From the NCBI RefSeq assembly GCF_009914755.1, contig NC_060928.1: a stretch of 64,000 nucleotides of DNA; one strand, written 5' to 3'. The position numbers were made by a program, and so were the translations under genes. Below, one piece after another: positions 60,500 through 64,000 of this stretch. The notes under the pieces were generated by a model. The model searched no databases and was not told where the DNA came from. It saw only the letters and a list, made by a program, of their open reading frames with translations. Origin of the DNA: the human T2T-CHM13v2.0 reference genome, Homo sapiens. The first letter of the stretch is position 1. Each line of letters opens with the position of its first letter.

Positions 60500-60960
60500 T
60501 ATTGCAATTAGTGTCATCCTGGGGATGTCTCAATGGGAGCGACAGCTGAGCTGAGACCTGAAGGAGTTACCACTGATCAAGAGGGGGCAGAAGGGAATTC
60601 CAGGCAGAGGGAACAGCCAGCATGGATGCCTGGAGGCCTGCAAGTATGGCCCTTTAGTAAGACTTAAGTGTTCAGTGTGGCTAAAATGCAGACCAAGGGT
60701 TTTGACGTTACCATGGCAACTGAGGAGTCATTAAATAATTTTAAATAAGGAAGGGTCTTGATCAGATTTGAGTTTTAGAAAGATTGTTCTGGCTGCAGCC
60801 TGGAAAATGTGCTGGGTTTGGTAGTTGCTGATCAGAGGCAGAGAGACCATGAACAAATAAGTGTTGAGAATTACTATATGCCCATCATTGTTCTAGCGTT
60901 GCACTCTGTGGTAAACTAGGCAGCTTGAAGCATGCTCTCCTGGAACTCACATTCTAAGGG
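60500..60960. mobile_element. L2 fragments
   Basis: gagctgagacctgaagga; ccaggcagagggaacagc; gatcagatttgagttttagaaagat. Confidence 0.7.
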
Positions 60961-61227
60961 TGGAAGGAAAACAAGCAAGTTGCCACAAACACAGAGGCTA
61001 TGGAAATTGTTCAGGTAAGAGGTGGAGGTCCTCCCTCCTGTGCTTCTCAGGCTATCTACAGTATAGGGAAGGATTAGATTTCCCTAGCTCATCCCAGACC
61101 CATATGTGATCCTAATGGGTGTGATTAGTGCACCCTCACACAACATGGGACCCACCACTCAAGTCTGACAACACATGAACTGGACTTTCTTTATTCTGGG
61201 AGACACGTTCATTGATTCTGTGTGTAG

Positions 61228-61635
<408 letters not shown>

Positions 61636-62740
61636 TGAGATAGAAGCGGATCTGGAGGAAGGCACAGCATTGGAGATATTGACAAGATGGGCAGCTGGTG
61701 GAATACAAGAGATATCTGAGCAGGTGAGTATGTGGGCTTGAATTTTAATCCATGAACAGGTGGGAAGTGCAACACACATTGTCATTTCAGTTCCTTCAAC
61801 TTAAATATGATTCTGATTCACTGTCCTACATCTTAGATCAACTTGTGTAGATGGTAAAGTTCATTGGAATTGACTCACAGTGAAAAGCAAATACTGTTGC
61901 TAACTGAATTACGTTGGAGTGCCTACTGAGAATGTGACAGGGAAGGGAGGAGGGAGGAACAGATCTCGAAGCTGCATGGTTCCTGGGATACACAGCGTGA
62001 TGGACTCGCTCTTGCTGGTAGGAAACTGCATTTTCCCAAAAGGCCCTGACTCTCCAGGGTGAGGTCCTTGGTCTGAAACCCTGAGCAGAAATCCTTGTTC
62101 CAGTAGCTGCAGTAGCCCAGGAAGCAGCAGCAGGCCCTGACTTTCTCGTGTTGGGCAGCCTGCTCCGTGGAGTTGGTCTCAGTGGTCTTCCTTCTGCTCT
62201 TGCAGCCAAGTTCTTGGGTTCAGGGGTTGGCTTTTAATGGCCTTCCGCCCTGGAAAACGCACCACCCCGGAGAAGCTCTGAACAGAGGCACTTCACAGGC
62301 CTGTCTACCCCCAAAAGATGTTTTTTTAACACAGATGGCTTCCAGGGGAAAAGGGCACACAGGCTTTCACCTTGAATCGGGTGCGATTGTGAAGACTGAT
62401 CCCCAGAGACTTGGCCCTCCCCACCTCCCACCCCCTTCTATCTTCCCTCCACCACCTCATCCCTGGAGGCTCTCTGAGGACCAGTCCAGGCCACACCCTA
62501 GCTCTATGGTAGGAAACCCATCAGAGGGTTGCAAAGTGCCTCGCTGTCACCCCAAATTCAGTGCTAAGTGCAGTGCTGGATGCAGTCGCAGACCCTGACA
62601 TGCTAAGGAGATTGAAGGAAGATTGTGACCCATCACTAGTCCATACCACCAGCAGTGCATGTTGATAATTTCAGAAATCAAATGATCTGGGGAAGCACCA
62701 TTATAGTATATTGTATTTGTGTGTGTTAAAAAGACCAATT

Positions 62741-62920
62741 AAGCTGGACGTGGTGTTGCATGCCTGTGGTCCCAGGTACTCAGGAGGCTGAGTGGGAGGA
62801 TGGCTTGAGCCCAGTAGGTGGAGGCTGCAGTGAGCTATGATCACACAACTGCATTCCAGCCTGGGCAACAGGGCAAGACCCTGTCCCTTAAAAAGTGTTA
62901 AAAATTAAAAAATAAAAAAA
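62741..62920 (+). mobile_element. Alu right-arm monomer (FRAM-like)
   Basis: Single arm with poly-A; aaaagaccaat on both sides. Confidence 0.85.
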
Positions 62921-63097
62921 AAGACCAATAAGCTAAACATGTTTTAAATATCACAATTGCCATTTCTTCATTAAAAAAAAAACCGAGAACCTCAAGTAGT
63001 GAAACTTGTCTGACATTGTCTTGTCATCTAGGACACTTGCTTCTCCCTCACCCACCCATCCCTAGAAACTTGTCCATTGATCTCCTGAGTTAAACAG

Positions 63098-63132
63098 GAA
63101 AAAGAAAAAAGAAAAAGAAAAAGAAAAAGAAA
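63098..63132. repeat. (GAAAAA)n simple repeat
   Basis: Visible. Confidence 0.85.
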
Positions 63133-63141
63133 GCAATAATT

Positions 63142-63160
63142 TGACCAGCAGGGGGCAGCA
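63142..63160 (+). promoter_or_regulatory. Candidate CTCF binding site
   Basis: tgACCAGCAGGGGGCAGCa closely matches the CTCF core CCASYAGRKGGCRS. Confidence 0.6.
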
Positions 63161-63908
63161 AGAGACAAAAATAAAACAATCGATTTAGCTTCCCCAGCCC
63201 CCAACTTTGCCTGAAATTCTAGATTAGAATGGTTTAAATTGGGAAAAGGATGGTGGAGGAGTGGGGATGGAATCCAAACCACAGAATCCAAATTCATAAA
63301 GTTAAGTGGATGCAGAACTTGCTAGAACAAGATTTACAGAGGACGATAGCCAGACAGTCATTTTTTTTTTTCTTGAATTCTATGGAAGAAGGCCGCCCAG
63401 CAGATATTTAAAGAGAATCTGGCTGTCTTTGACGATGTCCACGAACTCAGTAACATACATGTTATTTGGGAAATATCCTATAGATAAAGATGAAAGAAAG
63501 TGGTTCCCTTTGAAAATTCACCCCACCGTGAATTGAAAATGTGGGTCTCACTACGGGGCAGGAGTACCTGGGCAGCTGGGGTGTCTGGCATCCAGCCCTG
63601 GGCATCTCAGGACCCACCTGACCAGGTGAGGAGAAGTGGAAGACTCTGGGAAGAAAGATGGGTGGGCCTTGTGGTCCTGGATGGAATCTCTTACTTCCTG
63701 ATGAATCCTTAATGTGTATTAAAATGTCAACCCTGATACAAAGAAACGTGGACCCTAAGGAAGAGAGTAAGAGGACACAGAGAAGGAAATTGTGGTCGTG
63801 GGAGGCTTCCTCATGGGAAATGTTTATTTGGGGTCCTTGGCTGAAATGGTGGAATTAAAAGTCCTGTAGCCTTCAGGACACGTGAGCTTGTGCCTATTAC
63901 AGGGACTC

Positions 63909-64000
63909 TGTATTAGTTTCCTAGGGCTGCCATAACAAAAGTACTACCAACAGGGTGGCATGTGACAACAAAAAATTATTCTCTCACGTTCTGGAGGAGA
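63909..64000 (-). mobile_element. MLT1 LTR running off the window end
   Basis: tgtattagtttcctagggctgccataacaaa. Confidence 0.8.

Noticed and set aside
61838-62598. 123-aa and 143-aa overlapping ORFs
   Set aside because: Non-ATG starts, low-information sequence, expected by chance in GC-richer DNA

Overview
Primate genomic DNA, most likely human or another great ape given AluY-type Alus and an L1PA3-type LINE-1. It looks intergenic or deep-intronic and is dominated by transposable elements. I found no host protein-coding exon, RNA gene, CpG island or CRISPR array, and no previously undescribed biological system that I can support. Main structures: (1) a ~12.8-kb minus-strand L1-in-L1 block at 6.07-18.9 kb, where a full-length inactive L1PA3 with an open antisense ORF0 sits inside a full-length old L1MA, itself inside an MLT1J-type LTR; (2) an LTR-rich zone at 24.6-44.1 kb with an MSTC-type provirus, a THE1D provirus carrying a MER4A1 LTR, a two-LTR MER41-type provirus lacking RT and most of env, LTR8, and a THE1B/MSTB/Charlie nest; (3) many Alus, MIRs, L2s and DNA-transposon fossils; (4) small non-TE features: a 3x39-bp tandem repeat, an old ~75-bp duplication split by two Alus, a strong CTCF motif, an E-box cluster and a hairpin-rich segment. 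Subfamily names come from recalled consensus sequences compared by eye and need RepeatMasker/Dfam confirmation.
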